NCBI GenBank assembly: GCA_965226375.1
Contig: CBDDCX010000008.1
Coordinates: 832,001 to 896,000 of the forward strand
Reading direction: 5' to 3'
Length of the DNA stretch: 64,000 bases
Source: Longimicrobiales bacterium
Lineage (GTDB): Bacteria; Gemmatimonadota; Gemmatimonadetes; Longimicrobiales; Gaopeijiaceae
Position 1 is the first letter of the stretch, and each line of letters begins with the position of its first letter. The notes beneath the pieces were generated by a model that searched no databases, was not told the origin of the DNA, and worked only from the letters and a program-made list of their open reading frames with translations. Below, one piece after another: positions 39,529 through 51,606 of the stretch. Position numbers and translations under genes: made by a program.

Positions 39529-40304
39529 GGTCGGCGTGGCTGCTCAGCGCCGGGGCGGTTCTCACGGCATGGTACGCCGGCAAGGTCTACCTGCTGGCGC
39601 TGTTCGGCGCGAAGGACGCGCTCGGCCGGTCCTGCCATCCGGCGGCTCGGAACTGGTCCCGATCTATCCTCAAATTGGCCGGGGTCTCGGTGCGGCTCGA
39701 GGGAGAGGAGAACCTCGACCGGGACGGGGCGGTCATCGTCATCGCGAACCATGAATCATGGTTCGACGTTTGGGCCTTGGCGGGATGGCTGCCCATCGAG
39801 GCCCGCTTCCTTGCCAAGAAGGAGCTCTCGAGCATCCCGATCTTCGGACGCGCGTGGCGGGCATGTGGGCACATATCCATCGATCGAGGAAACCGGGAGT
39901 CCGCGATCGCGTCCCTCACCCGGGCGGGCCTGCAGATCCGGGACGAGGGCCTGCACATGGTGCTGTTCGCCGAGGGCACACGGTCGGACAACGGCGAGCT
40001 TCAGCCGTTCAAGAAGGGACCCTTCGTGTTGGCCATCCAGGGGGGGGTCCCTATCGTTCCGGTGGCCATCATCGGTACCCGCCGGCTGATGCCTAAGGGA
40101 TCGTTCAGGATTGGACGCGGCGAGATTATGGTCCGTGTGGGGGAGCCTATTCCCGCGACGGGCATGGACCATGACGACCGTGATCGACTCAAGAAGATTG
40201 TCCGGGATGCTGTAGCTGAGTTGCGAGGTGGCGAGGGTCGTACCTCCTATCTCCCGGGTGAAGGGCCGTCGGAGCAGGCGCCGGAGGCGCCCGATCATCA
40301 CTGA
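39522..40304 (+). CDS. plsC: 1-acyl-sn-glycerol-3-phosphate acyltransferase
   Basis: NHESWFD, FAEGTRS, FKKG. Confidence 0.88.
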   Translation: MLRSAWLLSAGAVLTAWYAGKVYLLALFGAKDALGRSCHPAARNWSRSILKLAGVSVRLEGEENLDRDGAVIVIANHESWFDVWALAGWLPIEARFLAKKELSSIPIFGRAWRACGHISIDRGNRESAIASLTRAGLQIRDEGLHMVLFAEGTRSDNGELQPFKKGPFVLAIQGGVPIVPVAIIGTRRLMPKGSFRIGRGEIMVRVGEPIPATGMDHDDRDRLKKIVRDAVAELRGGEGRTSYLPGEGPSEQAPEAPDHH

Positions 40305-40353
40305 AACCATGAAGCGGGGCCGCATGGCCTCGATCATCGATAGGAGTGGGTAA

Positions 40354-41929
<1,576 letters not shown>

Positions 41930-41933
<4 letters not shown>

Positions 41934-42979
41934 CCCGGGCTCTCACCCGGATCGGGGCTCTCACCCGGATCGGGGCTCTCACCCGGATCGGGGCTCTCAC
42001 CCGGATCGGGGCTCTCACCCGGATCGGGGCTCTCACCCGGATCGGCTCTCACGGCCGACTCGGCAGGGACCGAGGCCGGCTGAGGGTCCGTCTTTCCGCT
42101 CCCAATGCCCAAGAACGCCTTCGCGGCCTCGGCCAGCATGGTCTGGTCGGCTCCCTCTGGTAGCGCCAGCCCCTCCCCGGCTGCCTCGAGCGCCTTGGCG
42201 GAGGGTCGCTCTCCGGACCGCCAACGCTCTCCGGCCTCGAGAAGGGGCGTGAACAGGTCCATGGGGATGGGAAACACCGTCGTGGAATTGTTCTCCGCGG
42301 CGATCTCTACCACGGTCTGCAGGAACCGCAGCTGGATGGCCACTGGATAGTGCTGGATGATCTCCGCGGCCTCGGCGAGCTTCGCGGCCGCCTGGGCTTC
42401 TCCGGCCGCCGCGATGACCTTTCCGCGGCGTTCCCGCTCGGCCTCGGCCTGTTTGGCCATGGCGCGCTTCATCTCGTGGGGGAGGTCGATGTCCTTGACC
42501 TCGACGGACGTGACCTCGATCCCCCACGGATCGGTCCCCTGGTCGATGATCCGGCAGACGACTTCGTTGATCTGCTCCCGCTTCACCAGGATCTCGTCGA
42601 GCTCGGATTGGCCGATAACGCTCCGAAGTGTGGTCTGGGCGAGCTGGCTGGTGGCGAAGTAGTAGTCCTCGATCTCAACCACGGCCTTGGCGGGGTCCGC
42701 CACCCGGAAGTACACGACAGCATTCACTTTAATGCTGACGTTGTCCTTCGTGATGGTGTCCTGCGGCGCGATGTCGAGCGCCACGATGCGCAGATCCATC
42801 TTCCTCATGCGCTCGATCGCGAACGGGACCAGGAAGATGAGTCCTGGGCCCTTGGCCCGTGTCAGCTTTCCAAGCCGGAACACCACGCCTCTCTCGTATT
42901 CGTAGAGGACCCGAAGGCTGGAGAGCAACGCTACACCCGCCACGATGGCCGCGGGGATTAGAATGGCTCCGAAGTCCAT
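41930..42979 (-). CDS. SPFH/stomatin-like (slipin) membrane protein with repetitive C-tail
   Basis: [41 protein letters not shown] 42979 with AGGGGGG RBS. Confidence 0.9.
41937..42044. repeat. Perfect 18-bp tandem repeat x6 (GGGCTCTCACCCGGATCG)
   Basis: Six identical units starting at 41937, 41955, 41973, 41991, 42009 and 42027; encodes (DPGESP)6 on the - strand. Confidence 0.96.
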
Positions 42980-43131
42980 GAAACGCCCCCCCTGATGCCA
43001 GGAATGTCCGTTGTCGTACCGTACCAAGACTACGTGCTTGCAAGAGTACCCCTTCAAGTCCGAAATAGCCCATCGATCCGCCTTGACACCCCTCCGCACT
43101 CTTGGGAGTTTTTGTGGCGCGACCACATGGA

Positions 43132-43205
43132 GGCGGAGTAGCTCAGGTGGTTAGAGCAGCGGAATCATAATCCGCGTGTCGGGGGTTCGAGTCCCTCCTC
43201 CGCTA
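43132..43205 (+). tRNA. tRNA-Met(CAT), probably elongator; CCA not encoded
   Basis: Acceptor GGCGGAG/CTCCGCT + A, D arm GCTC/GAGC, anticodon stem GCGGA/TCCGC with CAT at 43166-43168, TTCGA T-loop; TTGACA at 43083 upstream. Confidence 0.95.
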
Positions 43206-43224
43206 TTCGAGGCACAAGCCGACG

Positions 43225-43264
43225 CCGGCCTCTCGGGACCTTCCCGAGGGGCCGGTCGTTGTTT
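43225..43264 (+). terminator. Putative intrinsic terminator after the tRNA
   Basis: 14-bp stem CCGGCCTCTCGGGA/TCCCGAGGGGCCGG followed by TCGTTGTTT. Confidence 0.6.
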
Positions 43265-43354
43265 CGGACCCTGGTCAAGTCCGGGCCTGTGGCGCCCGAC
43301 GACCGGAGAGTCTAGGGTGTGGCCCATATTCACCCGCGATCGTCAAAGGCTCTC

Positions 43355-44451
43355 ATGTCCGCTACGCCCCCTCGGGGTCCCAGCCGGCGCCGGTTCCTTC
43401 ATCAGTCCGCCTCCTGTGGGGCACACCTTCTGCTCGCGTCCACCTTCGCTCCATCGTTCGTGCGCCGGGCCTTTGCGGCTACACCCGCGGGTGTGGTCCA
43501 AGCCGTGGAGCCGTGGGGTCGCCTCGAGGAGATCGCCGAAGGCGTCTGGGTGTTGGTTTCGACGCCTCTCAAGGAGGGCGACTTTACGACTCTGTCCAAC
43601 GGTGGCTTCATCGTCGGGCGAGATGGGATCCTGGCCGTCGAAGGGCTGGCCACGGTCGAAGGAGCCCGATGGGTGGGCGATGCGGCCGAGCGCCTTACGG
43701 GACGCCGACCCACCCACGTGGTGCTCAGTCACTATCACGGTGACCACTCGGTAGGGCAGGGTGGATACCGGGCCCGACCCGGTGAGTTACGAGTGATGGC
43801 TACCGGCGAGACACACCGGCTTCTCGCGGGAGAGGAGCGGGATCGACTTCTTCCCAACCTGGTCATCGCGGAGGCGGATACCCCGACGGAAATCGACTTG
43901 GGCGGCTGGGTCGTGCGCATCACGGCAAGAGAGGGACACACGTCGAGTGACATCACGGTAGAGGTCGATGATCCGAGGATCGTGTGGTGCGGGGACCTCG
44001 TCTGGAACGGCCTCTTTCCGAACTACCGCGACGCGCGTCCGGCCCGCATGATGCGTCACGTACGCGAGATCCTCGTGGAGCCACAGGCTCTCTATGTGCC
44101 CGGTCACGGTGATACCTCGGATCTGGCGGGGCTCGCTCCTTACCTGGATCTCCTGGAGGACGTGGGGTTGGCGGCCACGCGAGCGGTGGAGGCCGGCACC
44201 CCGGTGGCGGAGGCGGCTCTGGCCTATGTGGTGCCCGAGTCTCTGGGCGAATGGGCATGTTCAATCCCCGATATTACGAGGTGGCCTTCGGCGCCTGGGA
44301 GAGGGATCTCCGGAGCGGCGGATGGACTCCCCCGTGGCCCTGGTCACCGGTGCTTCCTCCGGTATCGGTCGTGCCCTTGCCGTGCGCCTGGCACGGGAGG
44401 GGTACTCCGTGGGGCTTGCTGCACGCCGCGAAGAGGTCTTGCAGTCCGTGA
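43355..44451 (+). CDS. Tat-exported MBL-fold metallo-hydrolase, apparent frameshift near 44252-44255 (true end uncertain)
   Basis: SRRRFL twin-Arg signal, SHYHGDH, GHT, GDL, PGHG; plausible C-terminus GMFNPRYYEVAFGAWERDL lies in another frame. Confidence 0.78.
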
Positions 44452-45089
44452 AGGAAGAGATCGAAGCGGGGGGTGGCCGGGCACGGGTTCTGGTGTGTGA
44501 CGTTACGGATCAGGAGGCCGTGCAGCGTGCTGCATGGTCGTGCCGAGAATCCTTGGGACCCGTCGATCTTCTCGTGGCCAACGCAGGGCTCAGCGAGGGC
44601 ACGGAGGTCCGTCGACTCGTGGCCTCGCATGTCGAACGCCTCATGCGGATCAACTTTCTGGGCGCCGTATTCGCCGTCGAAGCGGTGCTCCCCGGCATGT
44701 TGGAGCGAGGGCGAGGGCATCTCTGTTGCGTGTCGAGTCTGGCGGGCTTCGGAGGACTTCCGAAGACGGCCGCGTATGGTGCGTCTAAGGCCGCGCTCCG
44801 TGTCTTCTTCGAGGGTCTTCGTCTCGATCTCAAGGACGACGCGGTGGACGTCACCGTTGTTTCACCGGGATACATAAGAGCCTCCGACACCTCCAAATAC
44901 GTGCAGAAAAGACCCTTTCTGGTCGAACTGGACGACGCCGTGGAGCGGATCTACGGAGCCATCTCCGAGCGCCGTCCTTCCTTGGTGTTCCCCGCTCCCC
45001 TCTCCTCTGCGGTCTGGGTGGGGCAGGCGCTGCCTCGTGGCCTATACGACCGGCTGGCGGCTCGGATGGGCCGTGACAGGCGTGGGTAG
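44322..45089 (+). CDS. SDR family NAD(P)-dependent oxidoreductase
   Basis: TGASSGIG, NAG, YGASK. Confidence 0.92.
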   Translation: MDSPVALVTGASSGIGRALAVRLAREGYSVGLAARREEVLQSVKEEIEAGGGRARVLVCDVTDQEAVQRAAWSCRESLGPVDLLVANAGLSEGTEVRRLVASHVERLMRINFLGAVFAVEAVLPGMLERGRGHLCCVSSLAGFGGLPKTAAYGASKAALRVFFEGLRLDLKDDAVDVTVVSPGYIRASDTSKYVQKRPFLVELDDAVERIYGAISERRPSLVFPAPLSSAVWVGQALPRGLYDRLAARMGRDRRG

Positions 45090-45189
45090 GCACGCCCCCA
45101 AACGCTGCGCGGAGTAGCGGTCGAGCGACGACCGTCGGTAAGTTGCTCCCGGTGGCGAGCCCCCGAAACGATCTGAGGAGTCTACTGAT

Positions 45190-45705
45190 ATGGATTATCG
45201 AGCCAAGACGTTGCTCGATGCGCGACGAGAAGAGTTGGAACGGGCGTTGGGACGCAAGCTCACATTGCCGACTCCTTCCGATCGTCCCGATCTGTCGGAA
45301 TCCGAGCGCGAACACCTCTTGAGTGATGCCACCGACCTGTACGAGAACGAGCTTGCCTGGGAAGACATCACGGACGAGGAGCAGGTCGAGGGAGAACCCC
45401 TCTCGGAGCTGACCTTTCCCGGGTTGCTCGCCTACATCCGCGGGCTGCTTCTCGATCAGGTCATGCCGGATTCCCTCGCGCCCGCGAATCCCCGGCCTGA
45501 GGTGGTGGAAGAGGTAGTCGGGTTCCTGGCCGGCCGTGTGCTGGCTCTTCAAGACCGCAATGGCGACCCAGAAGATGAGGACGCCGAACGTACGGAGCGC
45601 GATCTGTCTCTGACCGACCGACTCCTCGACCTGGTGCTCTTCCAACTTCACGGCGTCGATCCGGCCGACGTCGAGGGGTTCAGGGACGGCGCTGCCGCGT
45701 CCTGA
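45190..45705 (+). CDS. Hypothetical protein (acidic, 171 aa)
   Basis: GAGGAG RBS, ATG start, fills gap; no recognised motif. Confidence 0.7.
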   Translation: MDYRAKTLLDARREELERALGRKLTLPTPSDRPDLSESEREHLLSDATDLYENELAWEDITDEEQVEGEPLSELTFPGLLAYIRGLLLDQVMPDSLAPANPRPEVVEEVVGFLAGRVLALQDRNGDPEDEDAERTERDLSLTDRLLDLVLFQLHGVDPADVEGFRDGAAAS

Positions 45706-45717
45706 CGTGTCGCCCCG

Positions 45718-46575
45718 ATGGCCACACCCCTGAGGCTGCGGCCTGGCTGCTCCTATCTAGCGGGTAGCCCGCTCTTCATCGCCCACCGAGGCGGCGCCGC
45801 CATGGCCCCTGAGAACACCATGGCGGCCTTCCGGCTGGCTGTGGAAGGGTGGGGCGTCGACATGCTCGAGACGGATGCGCGCCTGACGTCCGACGGCGAG
45901 GTGGTGCTGATCCACGACGGCACGGTAGATCGGACGTGTGACGGAACCGGACCCATCGACGCCATGTCATGGAAGCAGGTACAGACTCTGGACGCGGGTT
46001 TCCACTTTCGAGACCTTGACGGCGAGACCTCCTACCGTGGCGAAGGAGTGCGCGTGCCCACTCTGGACGAGGTCCTGGGGGCGTTTCCCCAAACACGGGT
46101 CAACGTCGAGACCAAGTCCGCGGCGGTGGCGGGTCCCCTCCTGGAGGTGATCCACCGGCACAACGCCACCCATCGGGTTCTGGTGGCGGCCGAGGTCGAT
46201 GCATGGCGCCGAAACGCCCGTGGCTATCAAGGGCCCTGGGGGGCGTCTCGATGGGACATCGCGCGTTTCTGGTGTGCTGGTCGCGCCCGTATGGGAGGCG
46301 GGGCGGCACCGGGCTTCGACGCTCTTCAGGTGCCCGAGCTCTGGCACGGCCTGCGCGTGGTGACGCCGCGCTTCGTTACTCGGGCCCATCGCCTCAACAT
46401 CGCTGTTCATGTCTGGGTGGTGGACGATGAGAGTGACATGAGGCGACTTCTCGACTGGGGTGTCGATGGAGTTCAGACCGACCGCCTCGACCTTCTTGCC
46501 CCCGTTCTGGCCGACATCACCGGCAGGCCTGTGCCGTCCACCGTGCCCCGTCCCGGGCCGGAGGTGGAGAGATGA
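45718..46575 (+). CDS. Glycerophosphodiester phosphodiesterase
   Basis: AHRGG...PENT, ETD..LTSDG..VLIHD, GVDGVQTD. Confidence 0.9.
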   Translation: MATPLRLRPGCSYLAGSPLFIAHRGGAAMAPENTMAAFRLAVEGWGVDMLETDARLTSDGEVVLIHDGTVDRTCDGTGPIDAMSWKQVQTLDAGFHFRDLDGETSYRGEGVRVPTLDEVLGAFPQTRVNVETKSAAVAGPLLEVIHRHNATHRVLVAAEVDAWRRNARGYQGPWGASRWDIARFWCAGRARMGGGAAPGFDALQVPELWHGLRVVTPRFVTRAHRLNIAVHVWVVDDESDMRRLLDWGVDGVQTDRLDLLAPVLADITGRPVPSTVPRPGPEVER

Positions 46576-47939
46576 GCCGGGAACGTGCACTCGCGCGCGA
46601 TTTTGCCACGCACGTGGCGGAGCGAGGGTTCTTCTCGGAGGGAGACGGCATCTTGGTAGCCGTGTCCGGCGGTCTCGACTCCCTCGTGTTGCTCCATCTT
46701 CTGCGATTCGCCCCGGGGCTGCCCGATCTCGAGGTCGTGGTCGCGCACTTCGATCACCGCATGCGGCCCGGGAGTGCCGGCGACGCGGCCTGGGTCCGAG
46801 GTGTGGCCCTTGCCTGGGACGTTCCCTTCACCGAGGGCGTTGCCGAGGCCGACCTGTCCGGCGAAGAGGAGGCCCGCGAAGCCCGCTACGGGTTCTTGGA
46901 GGCGCAACACAAGAACCGGGGAACCCGGTGGATCGTGACTGCCCACCACGCGGACGATCAGGCGGAGACGGTTCTATTCCGGATTGCGCGAGGAACGGGG
47001 CCGAGTGGCCTCGCGGGGATCCCGGAGCAGAGAGCACCCGGAATCCTGAGGCCGCTGCTACCGTTCACGCGAGATGACATCGCACGGTACGCCCGGTGCG
47101 TCGGGATCGAACCACGCGTCGATCCGTCGAACCAAGACCCTGCGTACGCACGGAACGTGATCAGAAATGAGGTTCTTCCGCGGCTCGAGGCCGCGGTGGC
47201 TCCGGGTGTGCGCGCTTCCCTGGTGCGGCTCGCACGCATTGCCGAGGGAGAGGAGCGCGCGTGGCGATCGATCCTCGCCAAGTTGCTGGACGACCTCATC
47301 GTGGAGTCGAGTGAAGCCCGTATCGTCGTTGATCGAACTTCCTGGCTGGCGTACGACCCCGAGGTTCAGGCTAGAGCGCTGAGGGCCCTCACGGCCCGTC
47401 TCGGCGTTCGCCTCGACGAGGCCGGAACTCGGACCGCGGTTCTGTTTACTAGCGCGGGCGCCAGCGGCAAGGAACACTGGATCACGGGTCTCCTGCGGTT
47501 GCACAGAGCCTTCGATCATCTCGTCATAGAGCTCGTGACGGAGAGAGGTGTCGACGGTTCGATCGAGATCGACGAACTGGGTGAAGGGCACGGGGGGTTT
47601 GTGATCGGAGGGTGGGATTGGTCGGCGGCCTGGTCGCTCACCGGTGGCCTGGAGGGGGGGTGGATCGAGCGATTTTCCCTGGCAGACCTGGAGTTTCCGG
47701 TCCGAATGCGCGGATGGAGTGCCGGAGACCGGGTGCGTTATTCGTACGGGTCCAAGAAGCTGAAGAAGGTCTTCGGCGAGGCACGCGTACCCCTGGAGAG
47801 GCGGTCCCGGATGCCGGTCGTGGTTGATGGCCGTGGACGAGTGCTCTGGGTTCCCGGCGTGGCTCGCTCATGTCTGCTCGCCCCTGCCGAAGAGGAACCG
47901 GCGTTGGCCATTGCGTTGTCGACATTGGAGGTGTGGTGA
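46572..47939 (+). CDS. tilS: tRNA(Ile)-lysidine synthetase
   Basis: AVSGGLDS PP-loop, TAHHADDQAET, RPLL, DPSN, RNVIR. Confidence 0.95.
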   Translation: MSRERALARDFATHVAERGFFSEGDGILVAVSGGLDSLVLLHLLRFAPGLPDLEVVVAHFDHRMRPGSAGDAAWVRGVALAWDVPFTEGVAEADLSGEEEAREARYGFLEAQHKNRGTRWIVTAHHADDQAETVLFRIARGTGPSGLAGIPEQRAPGILRPLLPFTRDDIARYARCVGIEPRVDPSNQDPAYARNVIRNEVLPRLEAAVAPGVRASLVRLARIAEGEERAWRSILAKLLDDLIVESSEARIVVDRTSWLAYDPEVQARALRALTARLGVRLDEAGTRTAVLFTSAGASGKEHWITGLLRLHRAFDHLVIELVTERGVDGSIEIDELGEGHGGFVIGGWDWSAAWSLTGGLEGGWIERFSLADLEFPVRMRGWSAGDRVRYSYGSKKLKKVFGEARVPLERRSRMPVVVDGRGRVLWVPGVARSCLLAPAEEEPALAIALSTLEVW

Positions 47940-48475
47940 AGGCCCAGGCGAGGTTGGGGGGACACGAGTTGGCCCACATCGTCTACTCCGAGGAGACGAT
48001 CGCGCGACGTGTGCGGGAGATGGGCCGGGAGATCACTGAATCCTACACTGAGGACGATGATCTACTGGTCTTGGGCCTCTTGAAGGGTTCGTTCATCTTT
48101 CTGGCGGATCTGGTGCGGTCCGTCGACCTGCCTCTCCAGGTCGACTTTCTGGTGGCGTCGAGCTATGGCAATGACACCGTGAGCAGCGGAGACGTAGAGT
48201 TGGTGTATGATTCGGAGACTTCCCTGGAAGATCGGGCGGTCATTATCGTGGAGGACATCGTCGACAGTGGCAACACGATGAACCGACTGGTCCCTCTTCT
48301 TGCGGAGCGGGGTCCGAAGAGTTTGGAGATCTGCGCTCTTCTGCATAAGCGCATCGGCCGGCTCATCAAGGAGCCCCGATGGGTGGGCTTCGATGCGCCT
48401 GAGGAGTTCCTAGTGGGTTATGGGCTGGATTTCAGCGAGAACTTCCGACACTTGCCTTATATTGCGAGTTTGTGA
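47936..48475 (+). CDS. hpt: Hypoxanthine phosphoribosyltransferase
   Basis: LKGSFIFLADL, IVEDIVDSGNT, VGYGLD; tilS-hpt-ftsH synteny. Confidence 0.94.
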   Translation: MKAQARLGGHELAHIVYSEETIARRVREMGREITESYTEDDDLLVLGLLKGSFIFLADLVRSVDLPLQVDFLVASSYGNDTVSSGDVELVYDSETSLEDRAVIIVEDIVDSGNTMNRLVPLLAERGPKSLEICALLHKRIGRLIKEPRWVGFDAPEEFLVGYGLDFSENFRHLPYIASL

Positions 48476-48519
48476 GCGTCGGCGGGACTCTGACGCCTTT
48501 CCTGGTGTAGCAGAAACAT

Positions 48520-50640
48520 ATGGCTGAACACGACCCAATTCGCACGCCGAACGACGGTTCTCGGCTGAACCGGTTCTCACGGACCGGTGCCTTCTGGTTG
48601 CTCCTCGTCCTCATGACGGTTCTCGCATTCCAGTTCATGCGCGGGCAAGAACAAGGGGCTATCGAGTTCTCGTATACGGAGTTCAAGAGCCAGCTCGACG
48701 CGGATAACATTCTCGAGGTCACGATCGTCGAGAGCCGTATGATCGAGGGCGAGCTGCGGGCGCCGAGGATCGAAGAGGGTCAGGAGTTTCAACAGTTCAC
48801 CGTGATGCTCCCGGGTGAGATTACCGCTGAACTCCTCGCAGAACTCGAGCAGCACGAGATCGAGATCTCGGGCAAGCTGGAGACACGGGGTTGGGGAACC
48901 CTGCTCTTGGGTGCGTTGCCATGGTTGCTCTTCATCGCCTTCTGGATCTGGATCTTCCGCACCATGCAGGGTGGGGGAAACAGGGCGTTCCAGTTCGGGC
49001 GCTCCAAGGCGAAGCTCATCTCTCCGGATACGCCGAAGGTCACGTTCGCAGACATCGCCGGCGCGGACGAGGCGAAGGAGGAGCTCGAAGAGATTATCGA
49101 GTTTCTGAAGGATCCGCAGAGGTTCTCGCGTCTCGGTGGTCGGCTGCCCAAGGGCGTTCTGCTCGTGGGCCCTCCGGGCACGGGAAAGACACTGTTGGCT
49201 CGGGCCGTGGCCGGAGAGGCCGAGCGGCCCTTCTTCCAGATGTCGGGGTCCGACTTCGTGGAGATGTTCGTCGGTGTGGGAGCGTCACGGGTCCGTGACC
49301 TGTTCGAGCAGGGCAAGGCCCACGCTCCCTGCATCATTTTCATCGACGAGATCGACGCGGTCGGACGGCACCGTGGAGCCGGTCTTGGCGGAGGACACGA
49401 CGAGCGCGAGCAGACCCTCAATGCCCTACTCGTGGAGATGGACGGCTTCGAGGCCAACGAGGGTGTGATTCTGTTGGCGGCCACCAACCGACCCGACGTG
49501 CTCGATCCGGCACTCCTGCGCCCCGGTCGTTTCGATCGCCAGGTCGTCGTCGACATGCCTGACGTCAGGGGAAGGGAAGGGATCCTACGGGTCCATGCCA
49601 AGAAGCTTCCGTTGGCCGGTGACGTGGAGCTCAAGATCGTGGCCAAGGGCACTCCGGGGCTGAGCGGCGCGGATCTGGCGAACATCTGCAACGAAGCCGC
49701 GCTCCTGGCTGCCCGTGACGACAGCAACAAGGTGAGCATGGCCCATTTCGAGGAGGCGAGGGACAAGGTCATGCTGGGTGCAGAGCGCCGCAGTATGGTG
49801 CTCACGGACTCGGAGCGGAAGCTCACGGCATACCACGAGGCCGGCCACGCAGTCATCGGCCTCCGACTGCCCGGCATGGATCCGATCCACAAGGTCACGA
49901 TCATCCCTCGCGGGCGGGCGCTCGGCATCACCGCCAGTCTTCCACAGGAAGATCGTCACTCCTATACCAAGGAGTGGCTCGAGGGGCAGTTGTGTATGCT
50001 TTTCGGCGGGCGAGTGGCCGAGGAGTTGATCTTCGGTCCCGAGAAGATCACCACTGGAGCGGGTAACGACATCGAGAGAGCCACGGCCATGGCACGGCAG
50101 ATGGTGACCCGCTTTGGCATGTCGGAGACTATCGGTCTGATGGCCATCGGGCATGCGGACCAGGAGGTCTTCCTGGGCCGCGAGCTGGTCCAGCGCCGAG
50201 AGGTATCCGAACATACGGCTCAACAGGTCGATCAAGAGATCAAGCGTGTGCTGGATGAGGCCCATGAGCACGCTCGGAAGTTGGTCGCCGAGCATCGGGA
50301 TCTCTTGGAGGTCGTCGCCCAGGCCCTTCTGGACCGGGAGACGCTGGATGCCGCCGATGTCGGTGCTTTGGATGCCGGCGAGGAACTCCCGCCCCTCACC
50401 GATCCAGAGCAGGATGAGGACGGGGAGACGTCCTCTTCGCTCCCGGCTTCGGATGACGGGCCCGACGAGGAAGGCACAGCGGATGACGACACCGTGGGGC
50501 CCAACCCGGTCCGGGAAGGGGCCGCGCCGGAAGGTGAGGATCAAGAGGAGTCCGGCGCCGAAGAGTCGAGCCCCGACACTGTGCACACCCCAGTGGTGCG
50601 GCTCGGTGCCGAGGATCCGGAGGCGGGCGCCTCCAACTAG
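48520..50640 (+). CDS. ftsH: ATP-dependent zinc metalloprotease FtsH
   Basis: Two [30 protein letters not shown]. Confidence 0.97.
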   Translation: MAEHDPIRTPNDGSRLNRFSRTGAFWLLLVLMTVLAFQFMRGQEQGAIEFSYTEFKSQLDADNILEVTIVESRMIEGELRAPRIEEGQEFQQFTVMLPGEITAELLAELEQHEIEISGKLETRGWGTLLLGALPWLLFIAFWIWIFRTMQGGGNRAFQFGRSKAKLISPDTPKVTFADIAGADEAKEELEEIIEFLKDPQRFSRLGGRLPKGVLLVGPPGTGKTLLARAVAGEAERPFFQMSGSDFVEMFVGVGASRVRDLFEQGKAHAPCIIFIDEIDAVGRHRGAGLGGGHDEREQTLNALLVEMDGFEANEGVILLAATNRPDVLDPALLRPGRFDRQVVVDMPDVRGREGILRVHAKKLPLAGDVELKIVAKGTPGLSGADLANICNEAALLAARDDSNKVSMAHFEEARDKVMLGAERRSMVLTDSERKLTAYHEAGHAVIGLRLPGMDPIHKVTIIPRGRALGITASLPQEDRHSYTKEWLEGQLCMLFGGRVAEELIFGPEKITTGAGNDIERATAMARQMVTRFGMSETIGLMAIGHADQEVFLGRELVQRREVSEHTAQQVDQEIKRVLDEAHEHARKLVAEHRDLLEVVAQALLDRETLDAADVGALDAGEELPPLTDPEQDEDGETSSSLPASDDGPDEEGTADDDTVGPNPVREGAAPEGEDQEESGAEESSPDTVHTPVVRLGAEDPEAGASN

Positions 50641-50644
50641 CTGA

Positions 50645-51448
50645 TTGCACGTGTCCCCACTCTGGAATCAGCTGCGGTTCTTCCTTCCGGGGTGGCTCGA
50701 CCTCGTCGAGATCCTCATTGTCGCGTTTCTGCTCTACCGGGTTCTGCTGATCATCCGGCGCACTCGGGCAATGCAGATTCTGCTGGGGCTGCTCGTGTTG
50801 GCCGCTGCGTATCTCGTCTCCCAGGTTCTCCGACTGACCCTTATCGAGTACATCCTCCAGACCGTATTCGAATACGGGGTCATCGCGGGACTGGTCGTGT
50901 TCCAGCCCGAGCTGAGAACCGCCCTCAGCCGCCTGGGCCAGAGTCGACTGATCCGCTTGGTCAATCCGATGCGGGAGGGTCAGCTGATCGACGAGATCGT
51001 CCAGGGTGTCGCGGAGCTCTCTCGCAAGAAGATGGGCGCCATCATCGCCATCGAGCAGGAGGTCGGCCTCGACGAGTACGCTCAGACGGGGAGCCGGGAG
51101 AGGGTCACGGTTTCCTCGGAGATGCTCCAGACGATCTTCACGCCCGGCAGTCCTCTCCATGATGGAGCTGTGATCGTGGTGGGCGACGAGATACGGGCTG
51201 CCGGCGCCATCCTTCCGCTGACGCAGTACGCGGTCGCCGACAAGTCTCTGGGCACCCGTCACCGTGCAGCCATCGGCCTCAGTGAGGAGACCGATGCTCT
51301 GGTCGTAGTGGTCAGTGAAGAGACCGCCCGGGTCTCGGTAGCGCAGCGAGGTCGGCTGGAGCGCGACGTAGAAACAGCGCGGCTGAGGGAGATTCTGGGC
51401 GGTGCCTTGCCGGAGCGTCAGGCGGCCCTGGCCCCTCACCTTGCATAG
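50645..51448 (+). CDS. cdaA: Diadenylate cyclase CdaA/DacA
   Basis: Three N-terminal TM, FQPELR, PLHDGA, GTRHRAA, VSEET; start 50645 or 50651. Confidence 0.92.
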   Translation: MHVSPLWNQLRFFLPGWLDLVEILIVAFLLYRVLLIIRRTRAMQILLGLLVLAAAYLVSQVLRLTLIEYILQTVFEYGVIAGLVVFQPELRTALSRLGQSRLIRLVNPMREGQLIDEIVQGVAELSRKKMGAIIAIEQEVGLDEYAQTGSRERVTVSSEMLQTIFTPGSPLHDGAVIVVGDEIRAAGAILPLTQYAVADKSLGTRHRAAIGLSEETDALVVVVSEETARVSVAQRGRLERDVETARLREILGGALPERQAALAPHLA

Positions 51449-51606
51449 ACAGCTTGCCAGCGTTGCTGAAAGCCCAAATATTGTGTTTCGTGTGACCTTT
51501 AACGTGGTCTAGGAATTTTCGGGACCGCGCACTAGATTGGCGCGTCTTTCTCGAAATGACCGTCGGCAGGTCGGCGGCAAGAGGACCGTGCACAAAGGAG
51601 CGTCGC

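Noticed and set aside
41937..42044. Possible CRISPR array
   Set aside because: Units are contiguous with no spacers, only 18 bp, in frame within a CDS; no cas genes.
43132..43205. Initiator tRNA-fMet or tRNA-Ile2 (tilS is nearby)
   Set aside because: No C1:A72 mismatch or GGG/CCC anticodon stem; G2:C71 and C3:G70 fit elongator Met better. Ile2 is not fully excluded without tRNAscan-SE.
43132..46575. tRNA-anchored genomic island
   Set aside because: No integrase, no duplicated tRNA 3' end noticed, and no obvious compositional shift.
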